64,000 bases of DNA, taken from Clostridia bacterium (lineage in GTDB: Bacteria > Bacillota > Clostridia > Christensenellales > CAG-314). Positions 9,829 through 20,995 of the stretch are shown one piece after another (position 1 is the stretch's first letter; every line of letters begins with the position of its first letter). The notes below the pieces were generated by a model. That model did no database searches, was not told where the DNA came from, and saw only the letters and a program-made list of their open reading frames with translations. The translations under genes were made by a program, and so were the position numbers. The DNA is taken from positions 42,479 through 106,478 of the forward strand of contig JAQVMT010000004.1 in the NCBI GenBank assembly GCA_028703495.1, written 5' to 3'.

Positions 9829-10077
9829 CCGAGCAGCAAAGCTGCTTTTTATGGCTACGCCCCTTACCCGACAGGCAGCAAGGCTGCTTTTTATGGCTGT
9901 CGCGAACAATGGCTTTCGTTTAGCGGATATCGCATAAATAATCGTGTTGGCGACAGGCAGCAAGGCTGCTTTTATGGCTACGCTCCTTACCCGACAGGCA
10001 GCGAAGTTGCTTAATATTGCTGATGCGAATAACGGGTTGCGTTTAGCGGATATCGCATAAATAATCGTATTGGCGAC
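9829..10077. repeat. Tandem repeat, two copies of about 125 nt, each containing the sub-repeat gacaggcagcaaggctgctttttatggct and a short GCAGC-aag-GCTGC hairpin
   Basis: Read directly from sequence. ...cgtttagcggatatcgcataaataatcg.gttggcgac recurs at about 9918-9951 and about 10038-10077. Confidence 0.85.
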
Positions 10078-10168
10078 TGCTTAGCGGTATTTTCGGCGAA
10101 TATAAGCACATTTCGGTAATAAAACACATGAAAAAACGGAAAAATTATACAATTCGCTAGGAAAACAC

Positions 10169-10197
10169 TTGCAATTTCTCTACTTTTATGGTATTAT
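10169..10197 (+). promoter_or_regulatory. Sigma-A-type promoter candidate for the rimP-nusA-infB operon (TTGCAA, 17-nt spacer, TATTAT), followed by a leader of about 270 nt
   Basis: -35 TTGCAA at 10169-10174. -10 TATTAT at 10192-10197. Spacer is 17 nt. No ORF lies between it and rimP. Confidence 0.45.
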
Positions 10198-10466
10198 TCA
10201 TATACTGTTAATAGGTTGTTTTATTAGAGTAGGATTTTCATTCTGCTCTAATTCGTTGTTTGGGGTTTTTTGTAACCTCGGGAAGAACCGGTTGTCGTTC
10301 GATTGATACTAAACGCCGATAATAATAGGTACAAAGGCAAGCTTCGACTGTTGCTTTTTGTGCGGGGTTTGGTATTGGTTAATTCGATCGAAAGCGGTTT
10401 TTTGCGGCGTTTTTGCGCTTTGCGGCGAATGCGCGGGGCTTCACACCTTTTTGGAGCAAGGAGATT

Positions 10467-10931
10467 ATGGCAGGTAAAAAAAATGTCGATGCAATTAAGG
10501 AATTGGTGGAGCGGTATGCTTTACCTTTAGGAATTGAGGTCGTCGAGGTTAGATTGGAGAAATTGCACGACGGGCTGAACCTGACTGTGTTTATCGACAA
10601 GGAAGGCGGCGTCACAATGGACGACTGTGAGACTTTGCATCGTGCGATTGACGACCCGTTGGATGTTTTGAATCCCACGGACGATATGCCGTATACGCTT
10701 AACGTTTCTTCACTCGGTTTGGATCGTCCCTTAAAAACCCAAAGGGATTTCCAAAGGAATTTGGGCAAGGAAATTACGGTCAAGCTTTATGCCGCGCAGG
10801 ATGGCAAAAAGATGTTCGAGGGCTTTTTGAAGTCCTTCGACAACGAGAGCTTTACCATCGAAACCAAAAAAGGTGAGATATCGTTTACCATAAGCAAGGT
10901 CGCTCATATCGAGCCTCTTTTAAGGTTTTAG
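10467..10931 (+). CDS. rimP: Ribosome maturation factor RimP
   Basis: DUF150/RimP pattern LPLGIEVVEVRLEK...LNLTVFIDKEGGVTMDDCE. RBS ggagcaaggagatt precedes ATG 10467. Confidence 0.88.
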   Translation: MAGKKNVDAIKELVERYALPLGIEVVEVRLEKLHDGLNLTVFIDKEGGVTMDDCETLHRAIDDPLDVLNPTDDMPYTLNVSSLGLDRPLKTQRDFQRNLGKEITVKLYAAQDGKKMFEGFLKSFDNESFTIETKKGEISFTISKVAHIEPLLRF

Positions 10932-11165
10932 GATTAAGCGTGCGAGCGTTTGCATTTTATTCTTGAGATAAATGGTGCGCAAACCGCCCTCAAGGCGAGA
11001 GTGCGTGTTATCGAATAGGTGCGCAAAAGAAGGATAATATGTGCGTGTTTTAAGTCGTCCACAGCGAGCCGCTTGCAAATTATGGCGGAAGGGGGCGCAA
11101 GTGTTTTGCCTTTTTTATCAAAATTGGCACGAATATAGATACTGACAGGAGGACTGTTTGGGCTG

Positions 11166-12530
11166 ATGAAGAATAAGGAGTTTTTTGCCGCTATCGATGC
11201 GATTGAAAAAGACAGAGGAATCAACAAGGAAAGGTTGATGGCGGCTATAGAGCAGGGCTTGGCGACCGCTTACAGGAGAAACAACGGCGAAGCCAGCAAC
11301 GTGGAGATCAAGTCGGTACCCGAGCTGTATAAGATTGTCTTCAACGTATATAAAACGGTTGTGGACGAGGTGGAGGATCCCGAGAAGGAGATTTCTTTAG
11401 ACGAGGCTTTGGAGTCTAAAAGGAGCTACAAGGTAGGCGACAAATATTATACCGAGATTAAACCGTTTGAATTTTCACGTATTTCCGCGCAAACAGCCAA
11501 GCAGATTATTTTGCAGTCTATACGCGATGCCGAAAAGGAAATTGTCTATTCGCAGTTTATCCAAAAGGAAGGCGAGCTGATAACGGGCAGAGTTTGTCGC
11601 AAGAAGGATGACGGCACGTTGTTTGTGGCTATCGGAAAGGACGGACAAACCGAGGGTATTTTAAATACTAGCGATCAAAACCCCACTGAAAAGTTTTCTT
11701 TGGGAGATCCGATAAAGGTTTTCGTTAAAAAGGTCAAAGAAGGGACGAGTGGCGTTCAGGTTTTACTTAGCAGAGCGAGCGCAGGCTTTGTCGGCAAGCT
11801 GTTTGAGCTGGAAATTCCCGAAATAAAGGCAAATATCGTTCAGATTAAGGGTGTTGCCAGAGAAGCGGGCTATCGTACGAAAATCGCCGTGTACAGCACC
11901 GATCCCGGTATAGATGCCGTGGGCGCGTGCGTGGGACAGCACGGAGCCAGAGTTAACTCCATTATTGCCGAAATGTCGGGTGAAAAGATCGACATTATTC
12001 CATGGAGTGAGGATTTGATTGACTTCATTTCCTACACGTTAAGCCCCGCCAAGGTCAGTTGGGTAAGGCTAAACGAGGAAACCAAGGAAGCGACAGTTGT
12101 CGTTCCCGACGACAAGCTTAGCTTGGCAATCGGTAAGGAGGGACTCAATGCAAGACTTGCGGTAAGGCTGACAGGTTGCAAAATCGACGTGAAGAAGTTC
12201 TCTGATGCGGTACTAAGCGGTATGATGGAGGAGGAGGTCAACTCCGATCGTGAGCTTGCCGAAGCCGGCGCGAATCTCGTTATGGAGGGTGGTACTCTCG
12301 TAAACGGCGAGAAAATGCCCGACAATCCCTTCGATATATTGAATACGTCAGATGAGAACGAGGCTAAGGAAATCGAGCATGAGGCAGAGCCCGACAATCC
12401 CTTCGATATACTGAATACGTCCGATGAGAACGAGGCGAAGAAAATCGAGCATGAGGCAGAGCCCGACAAAACCGAGTTCGAGGACTTTATATTCGGGTTG
12501 GAGGACGTGAAGCCCAAGGACGATGATTAA
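11166..12530 (+). CDS. nusA: Transcription termination/antitermination factor NusA, with a duplicated acidic C-terminal segment
   Basis: N-terminal NusA domain, S1 domain and two KH domains (GACVGQHGARVNSII...AIGKEGLNARLA). The C-terminus is an acidic tail. Confidence 0.93.
   Translation: MKNKEFFAAIDAIEKDRGINKERLMAAIEQGLATAYRRNNGEASNVEIKSVPELYKIVFNVYKTVVDEVEDPEKEISLDEALESKRSYKVGDKYYTEIKPFEFSRISAQTAKQIILQSIRDAEKEIVYSQFIQKEGELITGRVCRKKDDGTLFVAIGKDGQTEGILNTSDQNPTEKFSLGDPIKVFVKKVKEGTSGVQVLLSRASAGFVGKLFELEIPEIKANIVQIKGVAREAGYRTKIAVYSTDPGIDAVGACVGQHGARVNSIIAEMSGEKIDIIPWSEDLIDFISYTLSPAKVSWVRLNEETKEATVVVPDDKLSLAIGKEGLNARLAVRLTGCKIDVKKFSDAVLSGMMEEEVNSDRELAEAGANLVMEGGTLVNGEKMPDNPFDILNTSDENEAKEIEHEAEPDNPFDILNTSDENEAKKIEHEAEPDKTEFEDFIFGLEDVKPKDDD
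12318..12461 (+). repeat. In-frame 72-nt tandem duplication inside the nusA tail (PDNPFDILNTSDENEAKEIEHEAE x2)
   Basis: Units at 12318-12389 and 12390-12461 are about 93% identical and the frame is preserved. Confidence 0.9.
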
Positions 12531-12531
12531 T

Positions 12532-12792
12532 ATGAACACTAAAAAAGTGCCTATGCGTATGTGCATGATCTGTCGGCAGATGTTCGATAAGAGGGAGCTG
12601 GTAAGGCTGGTTAAAACCGATGAGGGAGTGTTCGTTGACACTACCGGCAAAAGAAACGGCAGGGGCTCCTATGTGTGTTCGAATCCCGAATGTGTTAAAA
12701 AGTGTGCAAAGCATAAGGTTTTCAGGCAATTTGTCGGCGAAGGGGACTTTGAAAGAGTGTTGGGAGAGTTGGAGCGTGCAACGCAGAAATAG
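12532..12792 (+). CDS. ylxR: YlxR/RnpM (DUF448) RNA-binding protein
   Basis: KKVPMRMCMICR...DTTGKRNGRGSYVC is the DUF448 zinc-ribbon-like motif. It has the conserved position after nusA. Confidence 0.85.
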   Translation: MNTKKVPMRMCMICRQMFDKRELVRLVKTDEGVFVDTTGKRNGRGSYVCSNPECVKKCAKHKVFRQFVGEGDFERVLGELERATQK

Positions 12793-12854
12793 CAATTCTC
12801 GCTAATCCGAAAGTACGACAAATTCGTTTGATAAGCCAAGCGAAAAGGAGTCAA

Positions 12855-13178
12855 GTGATAACAAAGATCGCCGCATATATCAATTTCGCTATCAGGAAGG
12901 GCGACTGCGTATTCGGAACGGATAAGCTTGCGCTCACCGATAAAGCGGTTTATATAATACTCGTTTGCAATACGACGGGGGAAAGCACGGTTAAAAAGGC
13001 GGTAAAGCTGGCAAACAAATTCGATTGCGATATATATCGGGTGGACGGGCTAGGCGAATACACGCACAGGGCTACTAAGGTGATCGGAATTTCCGATAAG
13101 GAATTGGCTCGGGCTATACAGATTCAAGGGACAGAGGTTTTTATAAATTTACGGAGGTTAAACCAAATTGACGGCTAA
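12855..13178 (+). CDS. ylxQ: Ribosomal protein L7Ae-family protein (YlxQ/RplGA-like)
   Basis: L7Ae-like fold and conserved position between ylxR and infB. The start is uncertain. GTG 12855 follows AGGAG. TTG 12828 is the alternative. Confidence 0.7.
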   Translation: MITKIAAYINFAIRKGDCVFGTDKLALTDKAVYIILVCNTTGESTVKKAVKLANKFDCDIYRVDGLGEYTHRATKVIGISDKELARAIQIQGTEVFINLRRLNQIDG

Positions 13179-16100
13179 TAAATCAGATTCGAAGCAGGGT
13201 TCGTTAGACAACCTCAAACTTTTGCGAAGCGACGCGTACAGAAACAGTGAGGATCTCGTCAAGCTCGTAAAGGGTGCAAGGAAAAAGCTGGATATTATAT
13301 ACCGCTCCATTGACAACAAGGAGAGGGAGCTTTACGCTGTTATCGAAAATCGCAGGCAGGCAGAGGAAGAAGCGGCGGCGAATGAGTACGAGGCGATGGA
13401 GCAGTTTGCGGCGCAAAACGGGATTATTCCCGAGCCGATTGTCGCTGATACTGCCGACTTTGTCGAGCTTGCCATTCCCGACGAGCCTGAGATTAATCCA
13501 AAAAATGTCTTTGAGCAAAAGACCGAGGACAGGGCGGAGGTAACCGAAAAAGCCCAAGATGTCGATACTGCGGAAAAGGCGAAGGCGAATATAACCGACA
13601 CCGTCGAAACTCCAAAGCCGATTATCGCGGAAAAAGCCGAAATTGAAGTCGAAGCCGAGGTTAAGCCTAAGGTCCAAGCCGAGCAGAGTGCAACGTCGAA
13701 GGTGATTGTCGACAAGTCGGAAGCAAAGGACAGGAGCGAGATATCGGATAAATCGGGCAAGCCCAAGAAGAAGCCGAACGAAATGCCGCGTGGCGAGAAG
13801 CCGACCGAGCATAAAGAAGCCGCGCAAAGACCCTTTAAGCAGTCCGATGTTAATGCCGTTGATAAACCCACGGAAAAAGCAGTAGAAAAGCCTGCCAAAG
13901 CTGTCGAAGCACCCGCAGTGAAAGCGGAACCGGTTGAAGCCGCTCAAAAAGCCACCCGAACGGAAGATGCGGAAGCTGCCGTTGTAGGAACAAAGCAGGA
14001 GCCTACTGTTAGAAATATTGTAACCGATGGCGTTAAAATGGTGGAAAAGACCTATGTTGATGACAAGGGCAACGTCCGCACGAGGCGTTTCATCGACACC
14101 TCCAAGCCTGCATTTACGGCGAGGGCTCCAAGAGAGAAGACGGACAGATTTAAGCGTGACGGCACTCAAGATACGAGGGCGCCGAGAGAGGGCGGAAGAT
14201 ACAACGATTATAAGAAAGAGGGTTTCACTCCCAGAACAGGCACAACCGACAGACCTCCGCGTTTCGGTGACAAGCCCGTCAATAATAAGGACTCTTACGG
14301 AAAAGATGACGATGCGGTAAAGAGAGATCCCAAAAAGCCTACCGTTGTCAAGAAGTTTAACGATATTCCCGTTAAGGACACGGGAAAGACCTTCGGAAAC
14401 AAGAACAAGACGCCCGAAAGAAACAAGGACGAAAAGGGCGCATCCAAGCGTATAAAGGTAAGAGCCTTCGATGATTTCGAGGACGAGGACAGAATCGTAA
14501 ACCGTAAGCTCAACAAGAAAAAGGACAACAAAGCGGTTGAGCAGCCGATCAAAAAGATCGAGAGTGCGGTTGTTACGGGAACGGATATAAGCATCAAGGA
14601 TTTGAGCGAAAAGACGGGAGTTGCCGTCGGCAGTCTCATTAAGGAGCTGTTCAAGGAAAACGTGCTTAAGGGCATAAACGACCGAATCGATTTTACTCTT
14701 GCCGAGTACATCGCGGGCATTTTCGGAGTAACTCTCACGCAGAAGCTGGAAAAGACTGCGGAAGAGGTTGTCGAGGGAGGACTTTACGAGGACGACGGGT
14801 TGGTTGACGATCAAAAGAGACCGCCAATCGTTACCATTATGGGACACGTCGACCACGGCAAAACCTCTTTATTGGATGCTATCAGACAAACCAACGTCAC
14901 ACAGGGCGAAGCGGGCGGAATTACACAGCACATCGGTGCCTATCAGGTAACCATAAATGACGAGCCGATAACCTTTATCGACACGCCCGGTCACGAAGCG
15001 TTTACCGCAATGAGAGCAAGAGGCGCACAGGTAACGGATATTGCCGTTATAGTAGTAGCTGCCGACGACGGCGTAATGCCTCAAACAATCGAGGCAATCA
15101 ACCACGCGAAGGCTGCGAATGTACCTATCATCGTGGCAATCAATAAGATGGATAAGCCGCAGGCGAATCCGAACAACGTTATGACGCAGTTGACCGAATA
15201 CGGACTTGTCAGCGAGGAGTGGGGTGGCGATACGATTATGGTTCCCGTCAGCGCGAAAGCCAAAACCGGCATTAAGGAGCTGTTGGAGTCAATCTTGGTC
15301 GTTGCCGAAGTCAAGGAATTGAAGGCAAATTCGAATAAGAAAGCCAAAGGTACTGTTATCGAAGCCAAGCTCGACAAAAACAGAGGACCTCTTGCGACTT
15401 TACTTATTCAAAACGGTACGCTTCATGTCGGCGATTATGTTGTTGCGGGTATGGCTGCAGGCAAGGTCAAGGCTATGTCCGACGACAAGGGCAAATATAT
15501 CAAGGTGGCTCTGCCGGGAACACCGGTCGAGGTCTTGGGCTTTTCCGACGTTCCCAATGCGGGCGACTTCATTTATTCGGTGGATGAAAAGCTTGCAAAG
15601 CAGGTTGTAAGCGAGAGAAAGGACAAGGAAAAGGTGCTTAGGGCGCAAAACCAAACCGTGGTAAGCCTAGACGATGTTTTCAACAGAATTAATGAAGAAA
15701 ACATGAAGGTTTTGAACATAATAATAAAGTGCGATGTTCAAGGCACTATGGAAGCGTTGAAATCCAGTTTGGTTAAGATAAGCAACGAGGAAGTACGTAT
15801 CGTTCCCATTCACGGCGGTGTAGGAGCGATAACCGAAAACGACGTTATGCTTGCAAAGGCAAGTAATGCGATAATTATCGGCTTTAATGTGAGAGCGGAT
15901 AGCAACGCGAGAAATGCCGCCGAGCGCGAGGGCGTGGATATAAGAATTTACAGCATTATTTACGATGCCGTAGACGATATCACAAAGGCGATGAAGGGTA
16001 TGCTTGCACCCAAATTCAAGGACGAAATCATCGGACAGATTCAGGTCAGAGAGGTGTTCAAAATTTCCAACATCGGAACAATCGCAGGTTGCTACGTCAC

Positions 16101-16311
16101 GCAGGGCAAGGTTACCAAAACCGCCAAGGTCAGAGTTTATCGAAACGACGTCCTTGTGGCAAATTGCGAGATATTGTCGCTCAGACGCTTCAAAGATGAC
16201 GTCAAGGAGGTTGCCAAGGGCAACGAGTGCGGCATAGGGCTTGTCAACTACAACGATATCAAGGTGGACGACATCTACGAGGTTTACCAAACCGAAGAGG
16301 TCGAAGCGTAA
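13168..16311 (+). CDS. infB: Translation initiation factor IF-2 with an unusually long low-complexity N-terminal region (about 540 aa)
   Basis: G domain [12 protein letters not shown]...DTPGHEAF...NKMD. C-terminal beta-barrels are present. TTG start 13168 lies 9 nt after GGAGG. The N-terminus is K/E/P/A-rich. Confidence 0.93.
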   Translation: MTANKSDSKQGSLDNLKLLRSDAYRNSEDLVKLVKGARKKLDIIYRSIDNKERELYAVIENRRQAEEEAAANEYEAMEQFAAQNGIIPEPIVADTADFVELAIPDEPEINPKNVFEQKTEDRAEVTEKAQDVDTAEKAKANITDTVETPKPIIAEKAEIEVEAEVKPKVQAEQSATSKVIVDKSEAKDRSEISDKSGKPKKKPNEMPRGEKPTEHKEAAQRPFKQSDVNAVDKPTEKAVEKPAKAVEAPAVKAEPVEAAQKATRTEDAEAAVVGTKQEPTVRNIVTDGVKMVEKTYVDDKGNVRTRRFIDTSKPAFTARAPREKTDRFKRDGTQDTRAPREGGRYNDYKKEGFTPRTGTTDRPPRFGDKPVNNKDSYGKDDDAVKRDPKKPTVVKKFNDIPVKDTGKTFGNKNKTPERNKDEKGASKRIKVRAFDDFEDEDRIVNRKLNKKKDNKAVEQPIKKIESAVVTGTDISIKDLSEKTGVAVGSLIKELFKENVLKGINDRIDFTLAEYIAGIFGVTLTQKLEKTAEEVVEGGLYEDDGLVDDQKRPPIVTIMGHVDHGKTSLLDAIRQTNVTQGEAGGITQHIGAYQVTINDEPITFIDTPGHEAFTAMRARGAQVTDIAVIVVAADDGVMPQTIEAINHAKAANVPIIVAINKMDKPQANPNNVMTQLTEYGLVSEEWGGDTIMVPVSAKAKTGIKELLESILVVAEVKELKANSNKKAKGTVIEAKLDKNRGPLATLLIQNGTLHVGDYVVAGMAAGKVKAMSDDKGKYIKVALPGTPVEVLGFSDVPNAGDFIYSVDEKLAKQVVSERKDKEKVLRAQNQTVVSLDDVFNRINEENMKVLNIIIKCDVQGTMEALKSSLVKISNEEVRIVPIHGGVGAITENDVMLAKASNAIIIGFNVRADSNARNAAEREGVDIRIYSIIYDAVDDITKAMKGMLAPKFKDEIIGQIQVREVFKISNIGTIAGCYVTQGKVTKTAKVRVYRNDVLVANCEILSLRRFKDDVKEVAKGNECGIGLVNYNDIKVDDIYEVYQTEEVEA

Positions 16312-16325
16312 TTATTTGACTGCAA

Positions 16326-16362
16326 AAGCCGACTTCGTAAAGGGTTGGCTTTTTCGGTTTTT
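16326..16362 (+). terminator. Intrinsic terminator candidate after infB
   Basis: aagccgac / gttggctt forms an 8-bp stem with one G-U pair. Loop is 11 nt. It is followed by tttcggttttt. Confidence 0.45.
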
Positions 16363-16433
16363 GGCGATAAAAAATCATATGCGGTGCAATGCGGTGGATA
16401 TCGACCGACAGTAACCGTTTGGGGGAGAAAATT

Positions 16434-16817
16434 ATGGCGAATTTAAGGACGGAGAAGCTCAATGCGGAGTTTCAACGGAACATCTACGATATTTTGAAAA
16501 ACAAGGTAAAGGATCCGAGGCTCACCGAAATGTTCACGGTGACTTCGGTTGTCGTTGATAAGGAATTGACCTACGCAAAGGTTCTTTTCAGCATTTACTC
16601 GACCGACGAGGCTAAAAAAGCCACCACCTTCGAGGCAATCAAGAGCAGCGCAGGCTTTGTGCGCCAACAACTGTTTAAGAGTATGCGTATAAGGTGCGTG
16701 CCCGAATTGGCTTTCTTTTTGGACAAGGGCGTGGACAAAGATCAACGCATCGATGATATTATCAAGCAAATTCATGAGCAGGACGAGAAAAAGACAGAGC
16801 CTTCTAACCAAGAGTAA
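16434..16817 (+). CDS. rbfA: Ribosome-binding factor A
   Basis: RLTEMFTVTSVVVDKELTYAKVLFSIY is the RbfA KH-like core. RBS gggggagaaaatt precedes the ATG. Confidence 0.9.
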   Translation: MANLRTEKLNAEFQRNIYDILKNKVKDPRLTEMFTVTSVVVDKELTYAKVLFSIYSTDEAKKATTFEAIKSSAGFVRQQLFKSMRIRCVPELAFFLDKGVDKDQRIDDIIKQIHEQDEKKTEPSNQE

Positions 16818-16912
16818 ACTTTTGTTGCGTGAATTAATTGCCCGTCGTCGGATTGTAATATTTAAGCTTATTCAAGCCGATTCGGTGCAATAAACAATGA
16901 AAATGCGGCAAT

Positions 16913-17905
16913 ATGCACCGCAGATTATTAAGAATGATTTTGGAAGAAATTAAGAACGCCATCGATAAAGCGATGTCGATTGCGATTATTTGCCACACAC
17001 GTCCCGATGCCGATGCAATAGGCGCATCGTTGGGACTTTGTAGTGCGTTGAAAAAGTACGGCAAGCGAGCCGACGTCTTTTGCGACGAGGAAAACATACC
17101 CGAAAGGCTGCTATTTTTGGAGGGCGGCAGGCTGATAGGCAACGAGCTTGTTGACGATTACGAGCTTTGGATTGCTATAGATTGCGGCGATGTTTACAGA
17201 TTGGGTAAGTTTTGGGATAGGTTTTCCGCGCATAAAAATACTGTTTGTGTGGACCACCATGTCATAACTAATGACAGATACGCGAGGATTAACTATGTCG
17301 AGGATTTTTCCAGCGCGAGCGAGATGGCTTTTGAGATTATCAAGTATATGAACATTCAACCCGATGTGGATATTGCAACCGACCTTATGGCAGGAATTAT
17401 CACCGACACCAACCGATTCGGCAATTCCAACACCACCTCGAGGAGCTTCCTTGCGGCGGGCGAGCTTATGCAGTATGGCGTCGACATAAACGAATTAAGC
17501 TTCAAGATTATTCGAGAGCTTTCCTATCCGAGAATCCGCTTAATCGGAGTGGCTATGGAAAGGATAAAGCTTTATTTTGGCGGCAGAGTGGCTCTAACCT
17601 ACGTTTTTTTGAGCGATTACGACAAATACGGAGCCACATCGGCGGATTCCGAGGGATTGGCGGACAGGACCTTGAATGTTGAGGGTGCGGAAATGGCGGT
17701 TTCGATTTCTCAAAGCGAGGCAAACGTGTATAAAATCAGTATGCGCGGAAGGCGAAACGCAAATGTTTGTGATGTTTGTCGGGTTTTCGGGGGCGGCGGA
17801 CACAGAGTTGCCGCAGGCTGTACGATAAAGGGCGATTATTACGACGTTTTAGATAAGCTGCTCAAAGCAATAGGGGACGAGCTGAACGTGCCGTTTAGAA
17901 GCTGA
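16913..17905 (+). CDS. nrnA: DHH-family phosphoesterase (NrnA-like oligoribonuclease / pAp phosphatase)
   Basis: CHTRPDADAIGAS, DCGD, VDHH and GGGH are the DHH/DHHA1 motifs. The start could be 16934. Confidence 0.85.
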   Translation: MHRRLLRMILEEIKNAIDKAMSIAIICHTRPDADAIGASLGLCSALKKYGKRADVFCDEENIPERLLFLEGGRLIGNELVDDYELWIAIDCGDVYRLGKFWDRFSAHKNTVCVDHHVITNDRYARINYVEDFSSASEMAFEIIKYMNIQPDVDIATDLMAGIITDTNRFGNSNTTSRSFLAAGELMQYGVDINELSFKIIRELSYPRIRLIGVAMERIKLYFGGRVALTYVFLSDYDKYGATSADSEGLADRTLNVEGAEMAVSISQSEANVYKISMRGRRNANVCDVCRVFGGGGHRVAAGCTIKGDYYDVLDKLLKAIGDELNVPFRS

Positions 17906-17906
17906 T

Positions 17907-18761
17907 ATGAACGGATTTTACAATATCAACAAGCCGACGGGACTTACAAGCAGCGACGTCGTCGGCAGAATAAGGCGCATTACGGGAGTAAAGCGCGTCG
18001 GACATCTGGGTACGCTGGATCCCGGCGCGGCAGGCGTTTTGCCTATTGCCGTGTCCAAATGCGCAAGGCTGTTCGACTTTTTGACCGAAAAACAAAAGAG
18101 CTACAGGGCGGAGTTTGTGTTTGGAGTGGAAACCGACACTTTGGATGCCTATGGTAAAATTACCGCTATAAAACCTTTTTCGGGCGACGAAAACGAGGTA
18201 AAGGCTTGTCTAAGGCAGTTTATCGGCAAAATCAAACAGTTGCCGCCCGCGTATTCCGCGCTTTCTGTCAACGGCGTGCGAGCCTATGATTTGGCTAGAA
18301 AGGGCGAGGCGGTCGAGCTTCAACCCAGACAGGTGGAGGTATTCGACTTTTCCCTCGTGCAAAAGACCGAGAATGGCTTTATTTTCGACATTTCCTGCGG
18401 CAGAGGCACTTATATAAGAAGCCTTGCACGTGATTTGGCGTACAGCCTCGATACCATCGGTTATATGAGTATGCTCATTCGCACCTCGTCGGGAATGTTT
18501 AAGCTTTGCGACAGTTACACGTTGGAGGAGATTGAAAAGGATCCTACGGGTACACTGCTTCCCGCCGATTATCCGCTTATGGCATTGGAAAAGGCGGAAT
18601 TTAACGCACGCGACGGCTTCAAACTGCTCAATGGTATCGCAATAAGCGGTATGCGCATGGACAACCGTCCGCGTCGGGTTTACATCGAAAACGAATTCGT
18701 CGGTCTGGGCGAGGCAACCGCCGACGGATTTAAATTGACGGTATTTCTCAAAGAGGATTGA
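17907..18761 (+). CDS. truB: tRNA pseudouridine(55) synthase
   Basis: KPTGLTSSDVV...GHLGTLDPGAAGVLPIAV is the catalytic-Asp motif. Confidence 0.93.
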   Translation: MNGFYNINKPTGLTSSDVVGRIRRITGVKRVGHLGTLDPGAAGVLPIAVSKCARLFDFLTEKQKSYRAEFVFGVETDTLDAYGKITAIKPFSGDENEVKACLRQFIGKIKQLPPAYSALSVNGVRAYDLARKGEAVELQPRQVEVFDFSLVQKTENGFIFDISCGRGTYIRSLARDLAYSLDTIGYMSMLIRTSSGMFKLCDSYTLEEIEKDPTGTLLPADYPLMALEKAEFNARDGFKLLNGIAISGMRMDNRPRRVYIENEFVGLGEATADGFKLTVFLKED

Positions 18762-18855
18762 CGGAGGCTTACTTTCAATAACGAGGCTATTACTTGTGTG
18801 CCTTCGGTATACCTATAAGTAACGTGGTTGAAGGGACATCGACACATCAAAGAAT

Positions 18856-19794
18856 ATGGATATAAGGATTTTTAACCAAAATGATGTCGAGCGGGGTCAG
18901 GTCGTCATTCTCGGATTTTTCGACTGTCTGCACAAGGGACATCTAAAGCTTATCGGCGAGGCGAAGGAAATTGCCGCAAGGGCGCAAACGGGTTGTGCTT
19001 TGATGACGTTTAAAAACAACCCTTTTGCGGTGCTTAGAAAAAATGACAAGCCTATATATACCTTTGCCGAAAGGTGCGACAAGCTTGTCGAGCTCGGCAT
19101 TGAAAGCGTGATTGCAATCGACTTCGATCGGGCGTTTATGAGCTTAAATAAGAGCGAATTCGAGATGCTTCTTGAAAAATGGTCGCCTGAAGCTATTGTA
19201 TGCGGATATGATTTTTCTTATGGCTGCGACAGGGGAAGCGTTGAGGATTTGGCGGCTTTTTGCAGGCGCAAAGGCATTCTTTTGCGCGTTGTCGGGGAAG
19301 TGGCGCAAGACGGCGAGCGCGTAAGCAGCAGTCGTATAAGACGTTGCCTTGCAGATGGCGATATGACACAGAGCTATCGACTTTTGGGCGAGTTTTACCG
19401 AATAAAGGGAGAGGTTTGCGGCGGAAGAAGAGTTGGGCGCAAGCTCGGATTTCCCACGGTTAATCTGGTCGGCAGTGATAAGCAGTTACCCAAAGCAGGC
19501 GTATACGGCGGACTTGTGGAAATTGACGGTACTGTTTATGCGGTGGCGGTGAACATCGGCGCAAAGCCCACCTTCGGCGATTTAAGCGAGAGCGTCGAGG
19601 GATATATATTGGGCTATTCGGGTGAGCTGTACGGGCAGTCGGTCACGCTCGGCTTGGCGGAACGCATACGCGACGTCGTTAAATTCGACGATTTTGAGCT
19701 TCTCAAAGCGCAGCTTGCACGCGACACCGCTTACATAGCAGCGCAGTCGGCAAGGTGGCGCGCAATGTCCGATGTTAACCAAAGCCGAACTTAA
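18856..19794 (+). CDS. ribF: Bifunctional riboflavin kinase / FMN adenylyltransferase
   Basis: GFFDCLHKGH is the nucleotidyltransferase motif. GGRRVGRKLGFPTVNL is the riboflavin kinase motif. Confidence 0.92.
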   Translation: MDIRIFNQNDVERGQVVILGFFDCLHKGHLKLIGEAKEIAARAQTGCALMTFKNNPFAVLRKNDKPIYTFAERCDKLVELGIESVIAIDFDRAFMSLNKSEFEMLLEKWSPEAIVCGYDFSYGCDRGSVEDLAAFCRRKGILLRVVGEVAQDGERVSSSRIRRCLADGDMTQSYRLLGEFYRIKGEVCGGRRVGRKLGFPTVNLVGSDKQLPKAGVYGGLVEIDGTVYAVAVNIGAKPTFGDLSESVEGYILGYSGELYGQSVTLGLAERIRDVVKFDDFELLKAQLARDTAYIAAQSARWRAMSDVNQSRT

Positions 19795-19918
19795 ATAATG
19801 ATATAATGCGGTGGCAAGCGGTGCGCGGAATTTGCAACGACTAAGCCCCGAATCAACTAAATAATGATATAATGCGGTATGCGGTGCGTTGCAGACCAAA
19901 AATGGCAGAAAGAGGAAA

Positions 19919-20794
19919 ATGAAGGGAAATATTGAAGATATTATTAGATTCGGGCCGAGCGGAAACTCAAACGAGTTTTTCGAAGAAGGGTACAAGCACA
20001 CCGAACAGGCGATAGCTTGGGTCGCGGAAAAGGGCTTGAATGCTTATGAGTACTCATTTGGCAAGGGTGTAAGCATTTCGGATGCAAAAGCCGCTCAAAT
20101 CGGCGCGCAGGCGGCGGCTTGCGGCGTTAAGGTTTCGGTACACGCGCCCTACTACATCAATTTAGCAAACCCTTCGGAGGAAATGATTGAAAAAAGCCTT
20201 GGGTATTTAGAGTCGAGCGCAACTAAAGTCCGTCTTTTGGGCGGCAACAGGGTGGTATTTCACGTTGCCACGGAGGGAAAGGCAGGCAGAGAGGCGGCTT
20301 TTGCCCTCTCCCTAGACAGAATGAAGCGTTTAACCGAATTCATTTACGAGAAAGGGTTGGACGACGTGTTGTTTTGTCCCGAAACCATGGGCAAGCGCGG
20401 ACAGATCGGTACATTGGAGGAGATTGCCGAGTTTTGCGCAATAGACAAAGTATTCGTGCCGACAATCGACTTCGGACATCTGAACGCGAGAGACTGCGGA
20501 GTTATTAACAGAGAGGGTTACGGGTACATTATCGAGTATTTGCTTGACAACATGGCATTAGAAAAGGTAAAATATATGCACGTTCATTTTTCAAAGATAA
20601 TGTTCGGTGCAAAGGGCGAAATCAAGCATTTAACCTTTGCCGATGAGGAATACGGACCGTGCTTCGAGCCTCTGGCGGAGCAACTCGTCAAACACGGACT
20701 GTTGCCCACTATTCTTTGCGAATCCGACGGAACGCAGGCAAAGGATGCTCTGTATATGAAAAACGCTTACATAAACGCGCTTGAGCGGCAGTAA
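19919..20794 (+). CDS. Xylose-isomerase-like TIM-barrel protein (AP endonuclease family 2 / Nfo-like)
   Basis: VHAPYYINLANPS...FHVATEG...IDFGHLNA resembles the endonuclease IV metal-binding pattern. Assignment is by pattern only. Confidence 0.55.
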   Translation: MKGNIEDIIRFGPSGNSNEFFEEGYKHTEQAIAWVAEKGLNAYEYSFGKGVSISDAKAAQIGAQAAACGVKVSVHAPYYINLANPSEEMIEKSLGYLESSATKVRLLGGNRVVFHVATEGKAGREAAFALSLDRMKRLTEFIYEKGLDDVLFCPETMGKRGQIGTLEEIAEFCAIDKVFVPTIDFGHLNARDCGVINREGYGYIIEYLLDNMALEKVKYMHVHFSKIMFGAKGEIKHLTFADEEYGPCFEPLAEQLVKHGLLPTILCESDGTQAKDALYMKNAYINALERQ

Positions 20795-20838
20795 GGTTTT
20801 ACCTAACGTGAAAACGTGCCGAATATAGACACTCGTTA

Positions 20839-20876
20839 AAAATCGCTTACATAAACGCGCTTGAGCGGCTGTAGGC
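20839..20876. repeat. Post-stop echo of the last about 38 nt of the preceding TIM-barrel gene
   Basis: aaaatcgcttacataaacgcgcttgagcggctgtaggc matches aaaacgcttacataaacgcgcttgagcggcagtaagg at 20759-20796. A third degenerate copy is at about 20905-20935. Confidence 0.85.
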
Positions 20877-20995
20877 AATAAAGGACACGTGCAAGCGGTG
20901 TGTATGTAAACGCCATATAAATAAACGCTTAATTTGTGCCATTATGGCGATAAAATGTATAATAAATCAACCGAGAGTCGGTTGGGAGGTAACAT

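Noticed and set aside
13204-14856. 550-aa antisense ORF inside infB, and other long shadow ORFs (6384..6980, 12032..12517, 53182..54037, 40338..41075)
   Set aside because: They overlap strongly supported genes on the opposite strand or lie in repeat DNA. They have low-complexity translations and no RBS. They are artefacts of biased codon composition.
19795-19890. Direct repeat aaataatgatataatgcggt x2 between ribF and the TIM-barrel gene as a possible operator
   Set aside because: It fits the general pattern of intergenic tandem duplications in this window. There is no evidence for a dedicated regulatory role.
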